Virus record (IMG/VR): IMGVR_UViG_3300046454_000825
Location: 14,876 to 78,875 of that record
Reading direction: 5' to 3' (one strand)
DNA length: 64,000 bases
DNA from: a virus
Numbering within the stretch: the stretch's first letter is position 1; the number at the start of each line of letters is the position of its first letter. Positions 1 through 11,129 of this stretch are shown here, one piece after another. Under the pieces are notes generated by a model, which saw only the letters and a program-made list of their open reading frames with translations, did not search any database and was not told the DNA's origin. Position numbers and translations under genes: made by a program.

Positions 1-9
1 GCGATCACC

Positions 10-207
10 ATGGCGCTCAGCTTCCTCAGCTTCGAGGAGCTGCCCAGCGAGGATCGCCCGCCGCGCCGCATCTGGCTCAGCCACGAGAAGCTGAAGGCAC
101 ACTTCGACGCCGTCAAAGCCCGCCAGAAGGAAAAGGCGGACCCCGACAACGAGCCGATCGAGGACCCGGTGGATAACCCGGCCGCGAGGGATCTGATTGC
201 CCGGTAG
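10..207 (+). CDS. C-terminal part of tail assembly chaperone (probably 5'-truncated by window edge)
   Basis: Directly upstream of and overlapping the tape measure gene; assignment is positional only. Confidence 0.5.
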   Translation: MALSFLSFEELPSEDRPPRRIWLSHEKLKAHFDAVKARQKEKADPDNEPIEDPVDNPAARDLIAR

Positions 208-3200
208 CTTCGACTTCGGGGCATTCGAGAAGGAAGCTGCTCAGCTTCTCGCTCAACTGCGCGCCAGCGCGGATCGCATTGCCGCGGTCGAGAAGGAGAT
301 CAAAGGCGGTCGGGCGACGACCTCAGAGGTTCGCTCGGCCGCAAGTGAGCCTGCCGCCGCCGGTGCTCCCGGTGAGGTCTCCAAGAGCGCAGAGGCGGAG
401 ATTCGTAGCAGGGGGCTCGCCACCGACCAGCTCCTGGCCAAACAGCGCGAGCTGACCACTGCGACGCGCGCTTCCTCAGAGTCCGAGCGCGTCATGGCGC
501 AGACGATGGCCCAGACCAGCGCCGGGATGCAGAAATCCGGTGCCCTCACCAACGAGTTCGTCGACGCTGCCAAACGCGGTGAGGTAACGGTCAGGGAGCT
601 CGGACAGCAGGTTGCCGGGACGATCGCGAAGTTCGGTGGCTGGATCGTCGCCGGTTCGGCCGTGTACTTCGCCTTCGATGCGCTGTCTGCTGTTAAGCGC
701 GGCGCGATCGACGCATCCTCAGGGGTGAATGAGCTGCAGCGAGTCGTAAACGGCGTCAACACCAGAAAGGCTCAACAGGAATTCCAATCGCTGGCCGGTC
801 ACTTCAACCTCCCGATCAAAGAGGTCGCGGACGCGGCCTACGAAATGGGGAAGGTCTTCAACAATCAAGAGCAGGCGTTCACTGCTGCCAAACAGGTGCT
901 TTACGCGGTCAAGATCGGCGAGCTCGACACTGCGGCTGCATCTCGGTACCTGATCTCGATCATCAACGGCTTCCATCTCCCTGCGAGTCGGATGGCCGAT
1001 GTGCTCGATCAGGTCAACCAGGCTCAGAATAACTTCGGCGTATCGACCGAAGATGTTCTCTCGGGTGTGGCGAAGGCATCAGGTGCCTTCCATCAGGCCA
1101 GCGGTGAGTTCAAACAGTACGGTAAGGACTACAGCTACCTGCTGGCTCTGATCACCACCGGTGTCAAGGTCACCGGCCAGACCGGGCCGACGGTCGGTAC
1201 CGCGATCGCTCGCGCCCCCAACTTCCTCCGTCGCCCATCCAACCAGGAGGTGCTCCGCCAGTTCGGCATTGAACCGAACGGGCCGATCGAGAAGGTGTTG
1301 AACGAAGCCTTCAAACGGGTGAAAACCCTCACCGGTAAACAGGTCCAGGAGCTCGCCGCCGGGATCGGCGGTCCACAGTATGGAGCGCGTGTCTTCACTG
1401 GGCTGCTCTCCAACTACCAGAAATTCAAAGAAGTATCTGAGGGGACCTCGCCGAAAGCCTCGAAAGGATCTGCACAGCGAGAGCTTAATCGACAGCTTGG
1501 TGGTGTCAATGAGCAGGTTACAAAACTAGGGATCTCCCTCGAACGAATTGGTGAGGGACTTGTCAGCTCGCATCTGCTCGATTCACTGGGTCTCATGTTG
1601 GGTTCCATTAATTCGCTGTTGAGTGGTGTCAATTACCTCGTTCAGGACTTCAGCAAATTGCCTGATTTCACTCAGAAGTTCTTGGCCTATCTCATACAGG
1701 CTTCGATCGTGCTTCGGCTCATGCGCCGGGGTCAGGTGGGCGAGCTAATTGGAGGTGGCCCAGGGGCTCAGCCGGGTGCTGTCCGAGGTGGGATAGCCGG
1801 CTTCTTCGGCGAGGGGGACAAGGGTTTCGCTCGTCGCGCGCGCACAAGCCTGGTCAACGAGCAGGAGGCTCTCCTTCGCGAGCGTGGTGGCCTGGGTGGT
1901 CAGCTCTCCAGGGCAGCGGCCGAGGAACGTTACACAGGTCAGGGTGCAGTCGCGGCTAACGCGGCCCTGATCAAGGAGCAGCAGCGCTCCGGACCTCTCA
2001 GCGCCGAGACAGCAGCAGCGCAGACCCGTCAGATTGCCGCCGAGCGCGCCTATGTGGCAGCGCAGGAAACGACGATCGCCCTGAAGCAGAAAGAGGCCTC
2101 CTCGGCTGAGCGGCTGGCCAGCGTGCAGGCCTCCCTGAGCAGGGTCAATAACTTCGGCGGTCGACTCAACACCAAAGCCGCATTGGAGGAGGCCCGTAGG
2201 CAGGGGCTGCCGTTGCCGGCCGGGTACGGCAAAGGTGGTGTCGAGCCTCCCGTCCGGCTCGCCACGCCGGTCCTGCCCTCCCAACAGGCCGAGCTCGATG
2301 CGGTGAAAGAGATGGAAAAACGCGGGCTGATCCCGCCGGGTCTTGAAAGCGAGACCCAGCGCGCGACTCAGTCGACCGCCGGCGCTACGGGGCGTCTCAC
2401 CGGCCTGGGGCAGAAATTCGGCGGGCTCCGCGGTGGCCTTGGCAAGATGGGCGGCGCGATGAGCCAGCTTCTCGGCCGCGCCGGTGAGCTCGCCTTCGCC
2501 GCCTTCACGATCGGCTTCCTCGCTGACGCGCTCACCGGCGTCGCCAATAGCGTCGGTAGCGAGTTCGAACACGTCGGTTCGAGTGTGACCAGCGCCAAAG
2601 CCGCGGCCGAACGGGCGAAAGAAAACGCCGAAGGATCAAAAGCAGGTGAATCCTTCAAGGAGCGCCTCTTCAACGCGGTCACCGAACACACCAACATCGG
2701 ACCGGTTCCGATCCCGACACTTGGTCTTGGCTCACAGAAGGGCATCGGTGAAGAACGGGCAGAAGCCGAAGAACAGGCACTTGCCACCTACCGGGAGATC
2801 CAGAGCCTCCAGGCCAAAGAGCGCGGTAGCGGTAAAACAGTTCAGTACCGGTACGCCTCAGACATTGAAAAAAACATCAAGCAGGTCGAAAAGTCCGGCA
2901 AGAGCCGTAAGGAAATTCGCGAAGCTCTTAACAAGTACGACGAACAGATCGCACAGTCTTCGCAGGCACTGCTGGGTGGCAAAAACGCCAAAGGTGAACT
3001 CGAACAGGCGAAGACGGTTCTCAGTAAAGCGAGGGTCAAGAGCGCTGCGAGTAACGAACTGGTTGAAAAGCTGCAGCTACTTACCTCGAAAGAAATCTCC
3101 GAACGACTGCAGGCGTCGGTCACACAGCTCGGGGGCACACTCGGCCAGGGTTACAACGCAGGCGCAGCAAAATCTGCGGCCCTTAAGTATCAGGCGCTCG

Positions 3201-4678
3201 TCCAGAAAGCGGGAGCCAGCCACGACGCGACATCTGTGCAGGAACTCGCGCAGGCGCGGCAGGCCTACTTCTCAGGGATTCAGAGCGCCGTCTCCGGCGA
3301 CCTGCAGTACGCACTCGACTTCGCGAAATCGCCGGGTGAACGAGGGGCGGCTTATGCACAGGCGATCTCTCGCTACCAGGCATTCGGCAGCAGCTCCGAC
3401 GATGCGGCGAAGAAAGCTCAGGCCAACCTCACCAAGCTGACTCAGGAACGGGCGAAACTCCAGAAGCGTCAGTTCGCGCCAGAGACGCCGGGCAAAGAGG
3501 TGCACCCCAGCGAAATCGCCAAAGAACAGAACACGGCGAAAGCGATCCACGCACTCGATCTGGAAATCCAGGCCGAGACCAAAAAGATCAGCGACATCAA
3601 AAAGAGTCAGACCGAAAAGCGCAAATACATCAAAGACATCATCCAGCAGCTCCGCATCCAGGAGTTCGAAGCCAACAGTGCACTTCGCCAGGCGCAGGAG
3701 GGTGCGCGCGAGGCTCTCACTGCCAACCCGATCGTGCAGACCGAAGAGCAGATCAAATTCCTCGGTGGGCAGATCTCCAGGGCGATCGCGATCTACGGCA
3801 AGGAGTCCCAGCAGGTGCTCGGTCTGATCGCCGAACAGCGCCAGGCGCGTCAGCAGCTTGCCCAGAACGAACTATCGCTCTTCCAGAGCAAAGGTGGGCT
3901 GGAAACGGCAGGGATCATCGAACAGGTCCCGAAAGAGAAAGTCACGCTGCGCGGTGCCCACGGACTCGAAGCGCAGCTTGCCTTCGTCAAATCTCACGAA
4001 AACCAGTTCGACCCGAAGACTCTGATCGACCTGGAGACGCAGGTGGCCGCGGCGAAAGCCCAGCTTGCCTTCGACATCCAGCAGGAAGCCAATCAGGTCA
4101 AGGACGCGCACTTCGGGATCGAACAGGCTCGCGCGACCGCGGCCGGCCACACTGTACGTGCAGCCGAGCTAGCCGTCCAGCAGGCGAGATACGACGTCTC
4201 CCATGCTCAGACGCCGCTCGAAAAACTGGGAGCCCAGCAGAACCTGATTCAGAGTCTGGCGGCGAAGCGCGACGCGGTCGCTCAGGCCCGGGTGGAATCC
4301 ATCACCTTCGAGGCGAACATCTCGAAAATCACCACGCAGCAGGAGATCGAACAGCTCGAAACGCTCTTGCACACGTACAAACTGAGTCTCTCCGCCCGTC
4401 GCCAGCTCCGCGAGCAGATCCACTCGCTCAAAGGTCAGCTCTCCAGTGAAGGCGAAAAGTTCAACCTCAACATCGGCGACTTCGCACTGCCGACGGCCTA
4501 CGACATCCGGCGTGCGGTGCTCGGTGCCGGCGGCGGTCGCGGCGGCACGACGGTCACGCAGACCAACGAATTCCACATCGAGAACCACTCAAATGATCCC
4601 GCCGTGCTCGGTCGAGCGATCGGTCACGCTCTCGGCCGCGGCGCGGAGTCCGCAGCTCGATCGGCAGGAGTCGTATGA
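197..4678 (+). CDS. tail tape measure protein
   Basis: 1493 aa Ala/Gln/Glu/Lys-rich helical protein with a TP901-type core (aa ~170-450) and hydrophobic segments; followed by tail genes; TTG start. Confidence 0.9.
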   Translation: MPGSFDFGAFEKEAAQLLAQLRASADRIAAVEKEIKGGRATTSEVRSAASEPAAAGAPGEVSKSAEAEIRSRGLATDQLLAKQRELTTATRASSESERVMAQTMAQTSAGMQKSGALTNEFVDAAKRGEVTVRELGQQVAGTIAKFGGWIVAGSAVYFAFDALSAVKRGAIDASSGVNELQRVVNGVNTRKAQQEFQSLAGHFNLPIKEVADAAYEMGKVFNNQEQAFTAAKQVLYAVKIGELDTAAASRYLISIINGFHLPASRMADVLDQVNQAQNNFGVSTEDVLSGVAKASGAFHQASGEFKQYGKDYSYLLALITTGVKVTGQTGPTVGTAIARAPNFLRRPSNQEVLRQFGIEPNGPIEKVLNEAFKRVKTLTGKQVQELAAGIGGPQYGARVFTGLLSNYQKFKEVSEGTSPKASKGSAQRELNRQLGGVNEQVTKLGISLERIGEGLVSSHLLDSLGLMLGSINSLLSGVNYLVQDFSKLPDFTQKFLAYLIQASIVLRLMRRGQVGELIGGGPGAQPGAVRGGIAGFFGEGDKGFARRARTSLVNEQEALLRERGGLGGQLSRAAAEERYTGQGAVAANAALIKEQQRSGPLSAETAAAQTRQIAAERAYVAAQETTIALKQKEASSAERLASVQASLSRVNNFGGRLNTKAALEEARRQGLPLPAGYGKGGVEPPVRLATPVLPSQQAELDAVKEMEKRGLIPPGLESETQRATQSTAGATGRLTGLGQKFGGLRGGLGKMGGAMSQLLGRAGELAFAAFTIGFLADALTGVANSVGSEFEHVGSSVTSAKAAAERAKENAEGSKAGESFKERLFNAVTEHTNIGPVPIPTLGLGSQKGIGEERAEAEEQALATYREIQSLQAKERGSGKTVQYRYASDIEKNIKQVEKSGKSRKEIREALNKYDEQIAQSSQALLGGKNAKGELEQAKTVLSKARVKSAASNELVEKLQLLTSKEISERLQASVTQLGGTLGQGYNAGAAKSAALKYQALVQKAGASHDATSVQELAQARQAYFSGIQSAVSGDLQYALDFAKSPGERGAAYAQAISRYQAFGSSSDDAAKKAQANLTKLTQERAKLQKRQFAPETPGKEVHPSEIAKEQNTAKAIHALDLEIQAETKKISDIKKSQTEKRKYIKDIIQQLRIQEFEANSALRQAQEGAREALTANPIVQTEEQIKFLGGQISRAIAIYGKESQQVLGLIAEQRQARQQLAQNELSLFQSKGGLETAGIIEQVPKEKVTLRGAHGLEAQLAFVKSHENQFDPKTLIDLETQVAAAKAQLAFDIQQEANQVKDAHFGIEQARATAAGHTVRAAELAVQQARYDVSHAQTPLEKLGAQQNLIQSLAAKRDAVAQARVESITFEANISKITTQQEIEQLETLLHTYKLSLSARRQLREQIHSLKGQLSSEGEKFNLNIGDFALPTAYDIRRAVLGAGGGRGGTTVTQTNEFHIENHSNDPAVLGRAIGHALGRGAESAARSAGVV

Positions 4679-5103
4679 GAGACAAGTTCACAGATCCCGC
4701 GACCGGCAAAGAATACCAGTGGCAAACCGGCCACTCCAGCGAGGACGCGATCGGCAAGACGCGCGCGACGACGCTCAGTGCCAACACCGCCAACACGGGG
4801 TTGGTCAAGCAGCAGGGCGACGTTCAGCCGCTGGTGCTCAAGTACCACGGGACGATTCGTCACAAGCATCAGCTCGAAGAATTCTGGGCCTGGTATGAGC
4901 TCTGCGAGACCCAGACGATCCACTTCACTGACTTCGCTGGCGAAGAGTACGAGGTCATCATCACCGACTTCTCGCCGCTGCGCAAACCGACCGTCAGAAA
5001 CGCGACCGATCCGACGAACGCTCCGCTGTGGTATTGGTCTTACGACCTCACCATGGAAGTGATCAGCGTCGTCTCAGGAGTACTGGCGAACGTCACCCCC
5101 TGA
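4675..5103 (+). CDS. distal tail (Dit-like) protein
   Basis: 142 aa, ATGA overlap with tape measure stop, canonical position, beta-rich pattern. Confidence 0.55.
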   Translation: MRDKFTDPATGKEYQWQTGHSSEDAIGKTRATTLSANTANTGLVKQQGDVQPLVLKYHGTIRHKHQLEEFWAWYELCETQTIHFTDFAGEEYEVIITDFSPLRKPTVRNATDPTNAPLWYWSYDLTMEVISVVSGVLANVTP

Positions 5104-7223
5104 TGCCGACCGTCGAAGAAATCGCCCTGCAGCGCCACCGCTGGCTCTCGATGGACCACGTCGGAGATGCGCGGCCGGTGGTGCGCGCCTTCGTCCGCAA
5201 GGGCCACTTGGAGCGCACCTACCGCCGGCTGCCCGACAAAGACGTCTTCGGCTACATCCCCGGCCTGCTCTCTCCCAACGATGTCTGGTATGGGCACTGG
5301 GTGGCGGACACGGACTACGTCGAGATCCCGAACATCAAGGATGCCAAAGGCGATCAGGACTACTCGCAGAACGGCATCGAACAGGTGACGATGACGCTCG
5401 ACAACATCGCCATGATCGAAAAACACGGCAACCTTGGCGCACTCTTCCACATGATCGACCGCGGCCACTACAGCCCGCAGCGGGGTCAGCCCTCCAACCG
5501 CGGTGAACGCACCGGGGTGAAAAATGAGTGGTTCGACACCTGGAAGGACAAGTGCACCCAGATCATGATCCTCGGCGGCTACGGGGAGGCGATCTTCCCG
5601 CTGCATTTGGGGCTCGTCGACAAGATCGACCTTGGCTCCCGGCCGGATCAGATCGTCGCCACGCTGCGCAGCATGGGGCAGTTCCTCACCGATCAGAATG
5701 CCTTCATGGATGCCAAGAACCTCTGGCTCCGCGATCCGATCACCTTCGCCGATCGCGTCACCGTCCAGGAGGGTCCGAACGTCGCCAATACGGCGCAGGC
5801 GAAGTCACAGAAGCCTGGCTGCCCGGGCTCGCTCGCCGTCGACGGGTCCAACAAGACCGCCTGGGTCTCCGAAGGCCACGACGACACCCAGGACATCGAG
5901 TGGATCGAGTTCCCGCTGCCGGAGGGTCACTACATCAAGTTCCAGATGTACCCGGCCTTCACCAACCTGAACATGTTCGTCTCCGTCTTCGCGAAAAACC
6001 CACAGGGCGGAGTCGCCAAGCTCGGCAGCACGAACGTCGGGGAAGGCTGGATCAACAACGGGATGGGAGTGGTGCCGGGGACGAGTATCCCCTTCGTCAA
6101 CGAAGTGCCTGACATCCGCGAGGTGCTGACGACCTACCCGATCACTCGCTCCGGTCAGAAGATCATCGGGGGCGATGGGACGACGGTGAGGTTGTGGTTC
6201 CGCAACCTGCAGCGTTCACCTACCAACAGCGGCAAAGCCTTCACGAATAGGGCCGGGGTTCGCGAGTGCCGGATCTTCGATGCTGCTGTTCCCGCGTCGG
6301 CCAAAAAAGCGCACTGGATTCTGGTCGACGACGTGACCGACATCATCAAAATGGTGTTGCAGTGGGTCGGTATCCACGACTGGGATATCGAAAGCGCCGG
6401 CGTGAGGCTCGCCGACAAGGTGGTCTTCGATCGGCAGAAAAAGCTGATCGACATCATCAACTACGTCAAGGAACAGATCGGCTACATCTTCTATGTCAAG
6501 CCGCCCGACGACTTCGACCTGAGCGACCTCACGCCAGGCAACGCCGCCAATCTGCACATGGGTACGGCGATCTGCAGGCAGTCGAGCTCGATGAAGCAGG
6601 ACCCGCTCGACGGGATCGAGAGCGTCCGCGACGACAACCTCCTGACCGGTGTGCAGGGCACCTTCGACGCCAACGCGCTGCCCGACTCGATCCGGGTCCG
6701 GGGCAAGGCGGTCGCAGACAAAATCGCCCGCAACGACCCTTCGCACGTCCATGCCCTCGGTGAGGACCGGACGAAGCGCTTCCAGGCCAGCTACCGGCCG
6801 GTCTGGGCTCGCGGCGATTCCCATGGCGGGGCTCACCTGCGCCGGCCTGTCGTGCACTACGACTACACGCTCGACTCGCTCTACCTGTGTCAGGTCGCTT
6901 GCCTGATGATCGCCTTCCGCGCCGCGGTCGAGGCTGGCAAAGGTGTCATCGAGATCCCAATGTGGCCTTTGATACATCTCGACCACCAGACCCTCCTCTT
7001 CGATCGCGGCACCGGCTTGTCGACGCGGCTGTGGAACGTGCAGCGCACCTGGAGCTACGCGAGCGGCCAGCAGGTCGAGTTCAAACTGAACCTCGGCGGC
7101 AGCTTCATCGACGTCAATGACGTGATCGAAACGCGCGAAGAGCTGGAGGAACTGCTCAACGAAGAGGGCGGGATGCCATCGCCGATCGCCCGCGGACCCT
7201 GGACCAAACCGATCACCTTCTGA
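5103..7223 (+). CDS. baseplate hub / minor tail protein with inserted discoidin (F5/8)-like carbohydrate-binding domain
   Basis: ATG at 5103 (TGATG overlap); motif SLAVDGSNKTAWVSEG...EWIEFPL resembles F5/8 type C; position after Dit. Confidence 0.65.
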   Translation: MPTVEEIALQRHRWLSMDHVGDARPVVRAFVRKGHLERTYRRLPDKDVFGYIPGLLSPNDVWYGHWVADTDYVEIPNIKDAKGDQDYSQNGIEQVTMTLDNIAMIEKHGNLGALFHMIDRGHYSPQRGQPSNRGERTGVKNEWFDTWKDKCTQIMILGGYGEAIFPLHLGLVDKIDLGSRPDQIVATLRSMGQFLTDQNAFMDAKNLWLRDPITFADRVTVQEGPNVANTAQAKSQKPGCPGSLAVDGSNKTAWVSEGHDDTQDIEWIEFPLPEGHYIKFQMYPAFTNLNMFVSVFAKNPQGGVAKLGSTNVGEGWINNGMGVVPGTSIPFVNEVPDIREVLTTYPITRSGQKIIGGDGTTVRLWFRNLQRSPTNSGKAFTNRAGVRECRIFDAAVPASAKKAHWILVDDVTDIIKMVLQWVGIHDWDIESAGVRLADKVVFDRQKKLIDIINYVKEQIGYIFYVKPPDDFDLSDLTPGNAANLHMGTAICRQSSSMKQDPLDGIESVRDDNLLTGVQGTFDANALPDSIRVRGKAVADKIARNDPSHVHALGEDRTKRFQASYRPVWARGDSHGGAHLRRPVVHYDYTLDSLYLCQVACLMIAFRAAVEAGKGVIEIPMWPLIHLDHQTLLFDRGTGLSTRLWNVQRTWSYASGQQVEFKLNLGGSFIDVNDVIETREELEELLNEEGGMPSPIARGPWTKPITF

Positions 7224-7687
7224 TGCCAGAGCCAGCCCTACAAGCACTGGAGCGCTCCTTCAAGGGGCTGCGAATCGGCGCGACGCTGGACATGCAGAAG
7301 CTGAAGGACCGTGCCGAAAAGGACGGCCTGATCGAGCGCGACGAGCAGTTCCACCTGGCGGTGGCCGGTCTCGCAGAGGAGTTCTTCCTGTGGACGTCGA
7401 CGAAGATCAAATTCGCCACCGCGTTCGTTGACGCAACGGGCCAGAGAGATTCACCCTTCGACCGTCCACATATCTCGGTCGGCTGCGAGATCTACACACC
7501 GGTGCCGGTGGCGATCAACGCGGTGGTCATGGAATGGGACGTGACCGACCGGAATGAAACGGTAGGCGCGACCGTGGCGCTCGGCGTCGCGAGTTCCGAT
7601 CAGACCACCAAGTTCAAGGGCGCTGTGCATCTGACCTTCCAGGGCTACGGCGCGCCACTCAACACCTTCGACGACGCCGAACTATGA
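7223..7687 (+). CDS. minor tail protein
   Basis: 154 aa, translationally coupled within the tail operon. Confidence 0.55.
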   Translation: MPEPALQALERSFKGLRIGATLDMQKLKDRAEKDGLIERDEQFHLAVAGLAEEFFLWTSTKIKFATAFVDATGQRDSPFDRPHISVGCEIYTPVPVAINAVVMEWDVTDRNETVGATVALGVASSDQTTKFKGAVHLTFQGYGAPLNTFDDAEL

Positions 7688-10600
7688 AAAAGACGATCTT
7701 TGCCGGCTTGACGATCCTCGAACCAGGGGAGGGCCTCAGCACTGACAACGGGTCGTTCGTCGACGCAGATCCGCAGATCGTCGATCGCTTGCTGGAAATC
7801 GGAGCCAAAACCCATCGCCACACAGGCCTGGCCGGGCTCTCCAACCCCTCCGGTGCGCCGGTGGCGAGCATCGTCGCCTCAGGGGGCGCTCTGCCATCGG
7901 ATCTGGCCATCTCCGTCGGATACACACTGGAGGACTCCCAGGGCGGCGAGACGCTGCTGTCGCCGATCACGGTGGTCGGCACGCCGGGCGAGATCCCCGC
8001 GCCGCCAGCGGCACCCAGCGCCCAGGTCAGCCACGCGGCCGGGCAGCTTGAGGTCAACACCTACTACTACGCGACGACCTTCGTAGACAATGAAGGCGGC
8101 GAGACGGAGCTCGGACCCGCGGTCAACGCCGAGCGCCAGCCCGGATTCGCGTCGGGCCAGGTCATCCTCACCCAGCTCTCCTTCGGCATGGCTGCAGCCG
8201 GCGCGGCAGGCTGGCGTCTCTATCGAGCGGTCGGTGGCGACACCTTCAACCTGCTCGCGACCGGCAGCGGAGACGAATTCGTCGACGATGGTAGCCAGCC
8301 GGTGAGCTGCGACGTCCACCCGCCGGCGGGCGAACAGAACACGACGGTCGGATCGTCCTCGCTGCTCGTGACGCTGCCGTCCGCGGTCCCCGGGCAGGTC
8401 TTCATCAACGTCTATGCGTCGATCTCGGGCGACTTCGGTGGCAGCAGCCTGCTGGGGCAGTTCCCGCTGGCCAGCGCCGGGCAGATCGCCGTCTTCCGCT
8501 CGCTCGAATTCTTCGACGTCAACCCGCCGTCGGTCAACCTCTCGATCGGGGGGGCGCACCAGATCGACCCCGACACCGAGCTCCTGGACTGGCACTGGAA
8601 GCGCCCGGTCCTCGCGTCGGGTGCCCTCGGGTCGGGCGTGACCGGCGACGTGCGGCTCGTGAAGAGCACAGGCGAGCTCTACGCCGTGCTCGCGCCGTCC
8701 GCAGTCGCCTCGGGCGCGAGCGAATGGGTGAGGATCGCCAGCGCTGGCGGCGGCGGCAGCGGCAGCGTCGGCCCGCAAGGACCCACCGGCCCACAGGGTC
8801 CAGAAGGGCCAGCAGGTCCGAAAGGTGCCAGCGGGGCAAGCGGTGCGATCGGTCTGACCGGGCCGCAGGGTCCGACCGGCCTGACGGGTGCCACCGGGCC
8901 ACAGGGTCCGACCGGTCCCGGTGACAGTTGGAAGCCGCCCGTCTTCGCATCCGCCAGTCTCGGCTCGGGTGTGCTCGGCGATGTGAAAATGGTCGAGCAG
9001 GAAGGTGAGCTCTACGGTGTGCTCAGCGCGTCCGCCTCCACCGCCTCCGCGTGGGTGAAGCTGAGCAGCGCCAGCACGCTTGAAGCGAGCGCGACGCAGG
9101 GCATCGTCGCGCCGGTCCAGAGGCTCACCATCCGGGCCTCCGGGGTGGCGATCGTCGACATCGTCAAACAGTCGGCTGGGCGCGCGCTTTACACAGTCAC
9201 CGTTCCTCCTGTCGCCGGCCCCCAGGGACCAGAAGGACCGAAAGGAGCAAGTGGCGCATCGGGTGCAATTGGCCTGACCGGTCCGACCGGTCCACAGGGT
9301 CCAGAAGGACCCGCCGGTCCCAAAGGGGCTAGTGGTGCATCCGGTGCCATCGGGCTGACCGGGCCACAAGGTCCGCAGGGAGAAAAAGGCACAACTGGGG
9401 AAAAAGGTGAACCAGGAGAAACCGGTCCTAAAGGCGAAACAGGATCAACGGGTGCTACTGGCGGAACGGGTCCGCAGGGACCAATTGGTCCGGGCAATAG
9501 TTGGAAGCCTCCGGTTCTGGCGTCGGGCAGTCTTGGCTCGGGTGTACTCGGCGACGTCAAAATGGTCGAGCAGGAAGGCGAGCTCTACGGTGTCCTGAGT
9601 GCCTCAGCCTCAGTCGCTTCCGGCTGGGTAAGGCTAAGCAGTGCAAGCTCGCTCGAAGCAAGTGCCACACAGGGTCTTGTCGCCCCAGTTCAGAGACTCA
9701 CGATTCGGGCATCTGGAGTAGCGACTGTCGACATCGTCAAACAATCCGCAGGCCGTGCCTTATACACAGTTACGGTGCCCCCAGTCGCAGGCCCCCAGGG
9801 GCCACAGGGAGTGCAGGGTGAAAAAGGAACCACCGGGGAAAAAGGTGAAAAAGGTGAAAAAGGATCGACCGGCGAAAAAGGCGAAACCGGGTCGACTGGA
9901 TCGACCGGGGCCACCGGTGGGACTGGGCCGCAAGGTCCGGTAGGGCCAGGTAATAGCTGGAAGCCCCCTGTCCTCGCATCGGGAAGTCTGGGGTCAGGTG
10001 TACTCGGTGACGTCAAAATGGTCGAGCAGGACGGTCAAATTTATGGCGTTCTCGGGGCATCGGCCACGGTGGCGTCGGGGTGGACAAGACTGGCGAGCGG
10101 CATCTTGACCGCTAGTGCTAACAACAGTGTCCCTGGAGTAGCCCAGCTTGTGAACAAGCTCACCTTCGAAGGTGCGGAGGGAGTGAGAGTTGCCATCTCC
10201 CAACCGAAACTTGGAGAGGGAGTAATCACCGTGAAAGCGGGTGCGGGGGGGCTGATCTATAAAGGGGAGAGTTCCACCAATCTGGCAACAACCAACTTAG
10301 CGTGTCTTCGGAAGAACAAAGAAAAATGGAGCGAAGTCACCGAAATATGCCTTTCCATTGAATCCTTGAACTGGACCACCGCTGAAGATCTTCTCCTAAA
10401 AGGGATGGCAGTCGGTTCGGTCATAGTGATCTCTGTTCAAAGCGAAGAGAACGTCAGGCCTATTCGCCAGATGTTCAAGATTACGAGCATCGAATCGACG
10501 GCGAACGGTCCGATCGCCAAAGTGGTTGGCCTCTCTACTACTTCGACAGCTACTGCGAACGAAATCGCCTTCAAGGAACTGGAGGTAGAGTTCTACGCCC

Positions 10601-11121
10601 CGTTTCATTACGGTCTCGTCACGGCCTTGCCAGCATCGCCAAGGCTCCTTGACAGGTGTAGCTTTATCGCGGATGAAACAAACGGTGTCATCTGGGAGCT
10701 GCTTTATGACGGCGAAGGCACAAGGCCGTGGAAGAAGATTGGTGGACCTCCACTCTTCAATGAGGTCGCTACCCAGGAGACGATCAAATCAGCGACCTAC
10801 GCGAACCTAGCGACAGAAGGTCCGTCGGTCAAAGTGCCGCTACTAGGTGATTACGACGTAGCAATCGGGGCTGGGATCGGGTCGTTCTCGCCCTCAGTAG
10901 AAATCAATATGAGCTACGCGATCGGCGGAACCGCCGCTGTGGATGCTGATTGCCTCAAAGTCTTCCCAGGCCCCAACGGATGCTTCGTGGAGGCTAAGCG
11001 GGTACGGCGTAAGGCATCAATCGCGAAAAACACCACACTCTTGAGTAAGTACAAAATATCCGGTGGCGAAGGATCATTCTACTTCCGCTGGATGAGTGTT
11101 GATCCGATCAGAGTCGGCTAA
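7684..11121 (+). CDS. collagen-like tail fibre / receptor-binding protein
   Basis: 1145 aa; three Gly-X-Y tracts separated by repeated globular modules; N-terminal ~310 aa paralogous to 11130-12524; lower-GC C-terminal domain. Confidence 0.85.
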   Translation: MKKTIFAGLTILEPGEGLSTDNGSFVDADPQIVDRLLEIGAKTHRHTGLAGLSNPSGAPVASIVASGGALPSDLAISVGYTLEDSQGGETLLSPITVVGTPGEIPAPPAAPSAQVSHAAGQLEVNTYYYATTFVDNEGGETELGPAVNAERQPGFASGQVILTQLSFGMAAAGAAGWRLYRAVGGDTFNLLATGSGDEFVDDGSQPVSCDVHPPAGEQNTTVGSSSLLVTLPSAVPGQVFINVYASISGDFGGSSLLGQFPLASAGQIAVFRSLEFFDVNPPSVNLSIGGAHQIDPDTELLDWHWKRPVLASGALGSGVTGDVRLVKSTGELYAVLAPSAVASGASEWVRIASAGGGGSGSVGPQGPTGPQGPEGPAGPKGASGASGAIGLTGPQGPTGLTGATGPQGPTGPGDSWKPPVFASASLGSGVLGDVKMVEQEGELYGVLSASASTASAWVKLSSASTLEASATQGIVAPVQRLTIRASGVAIVDIVKQSAGRALYTVTVPPVAGPQGPEGPKGASGASGAIGLTGPTGPQGPEGPAGPKGASGASGAIGLTGPQGPQGEKGTTGEKGEPGETGPKGETGSTGATGGTGPQGPIGPGNSWKPPVLASGSLGSGVLGDVKMVEQEGELYGVLSASASVASGWVRLSSASSLEASATQGLVAPVQRLTIRASGVATVDIVKQSAGRALYTVTVPPVAGPQGPQGVQGEKGTTGEKGEKGEKGSTGEKGETGSTGSTGATGGTGPQGPVGPGNSWKPPVLASGSLGSGVLGDVKMVEQDGQIYGVLGASATVASGWTRLASGILTASANNSVPGVAQLVNKLTFEGAEGVRVAISQPKLGEGVITVKAGAGGLIYKGESSTNLATTNLACLRKNKEKWSEVTEICLSIESLNWTTAEDLLLKGMAVGSVIVISVQSEENVRPIRQMFKITSIESTANGPIAKVVGLSTTSTATANEIAFKELEVEFYAPFHYGLVTALPASPRLLDRCSFIADETNGVIWELLYDGEGTRPWKKIGGPPLFNEVATQETIKSATYANLATEGPSVKVPLLGDYDVAIGAGIGSFSPSVEINMSYAIGGTAAVDADCLKVFPGPNGCFVEAKRVRRKASIAKNTTLLSKYKISGGEGSFYFRWMSVDPIRVG
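8596..10110 (+). repeat. four copies of a WKxPVxASxxLGSGVxGDV module (starts 8596, 8929, 9502, 9958) interleaved with collagen repeats
   Basis: Seen directly in the translation; copies 2 and 3 are near-identical over ~98 aa. Confidence 0.9.
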
Positions 11122-11129
11122 GGAGAACC

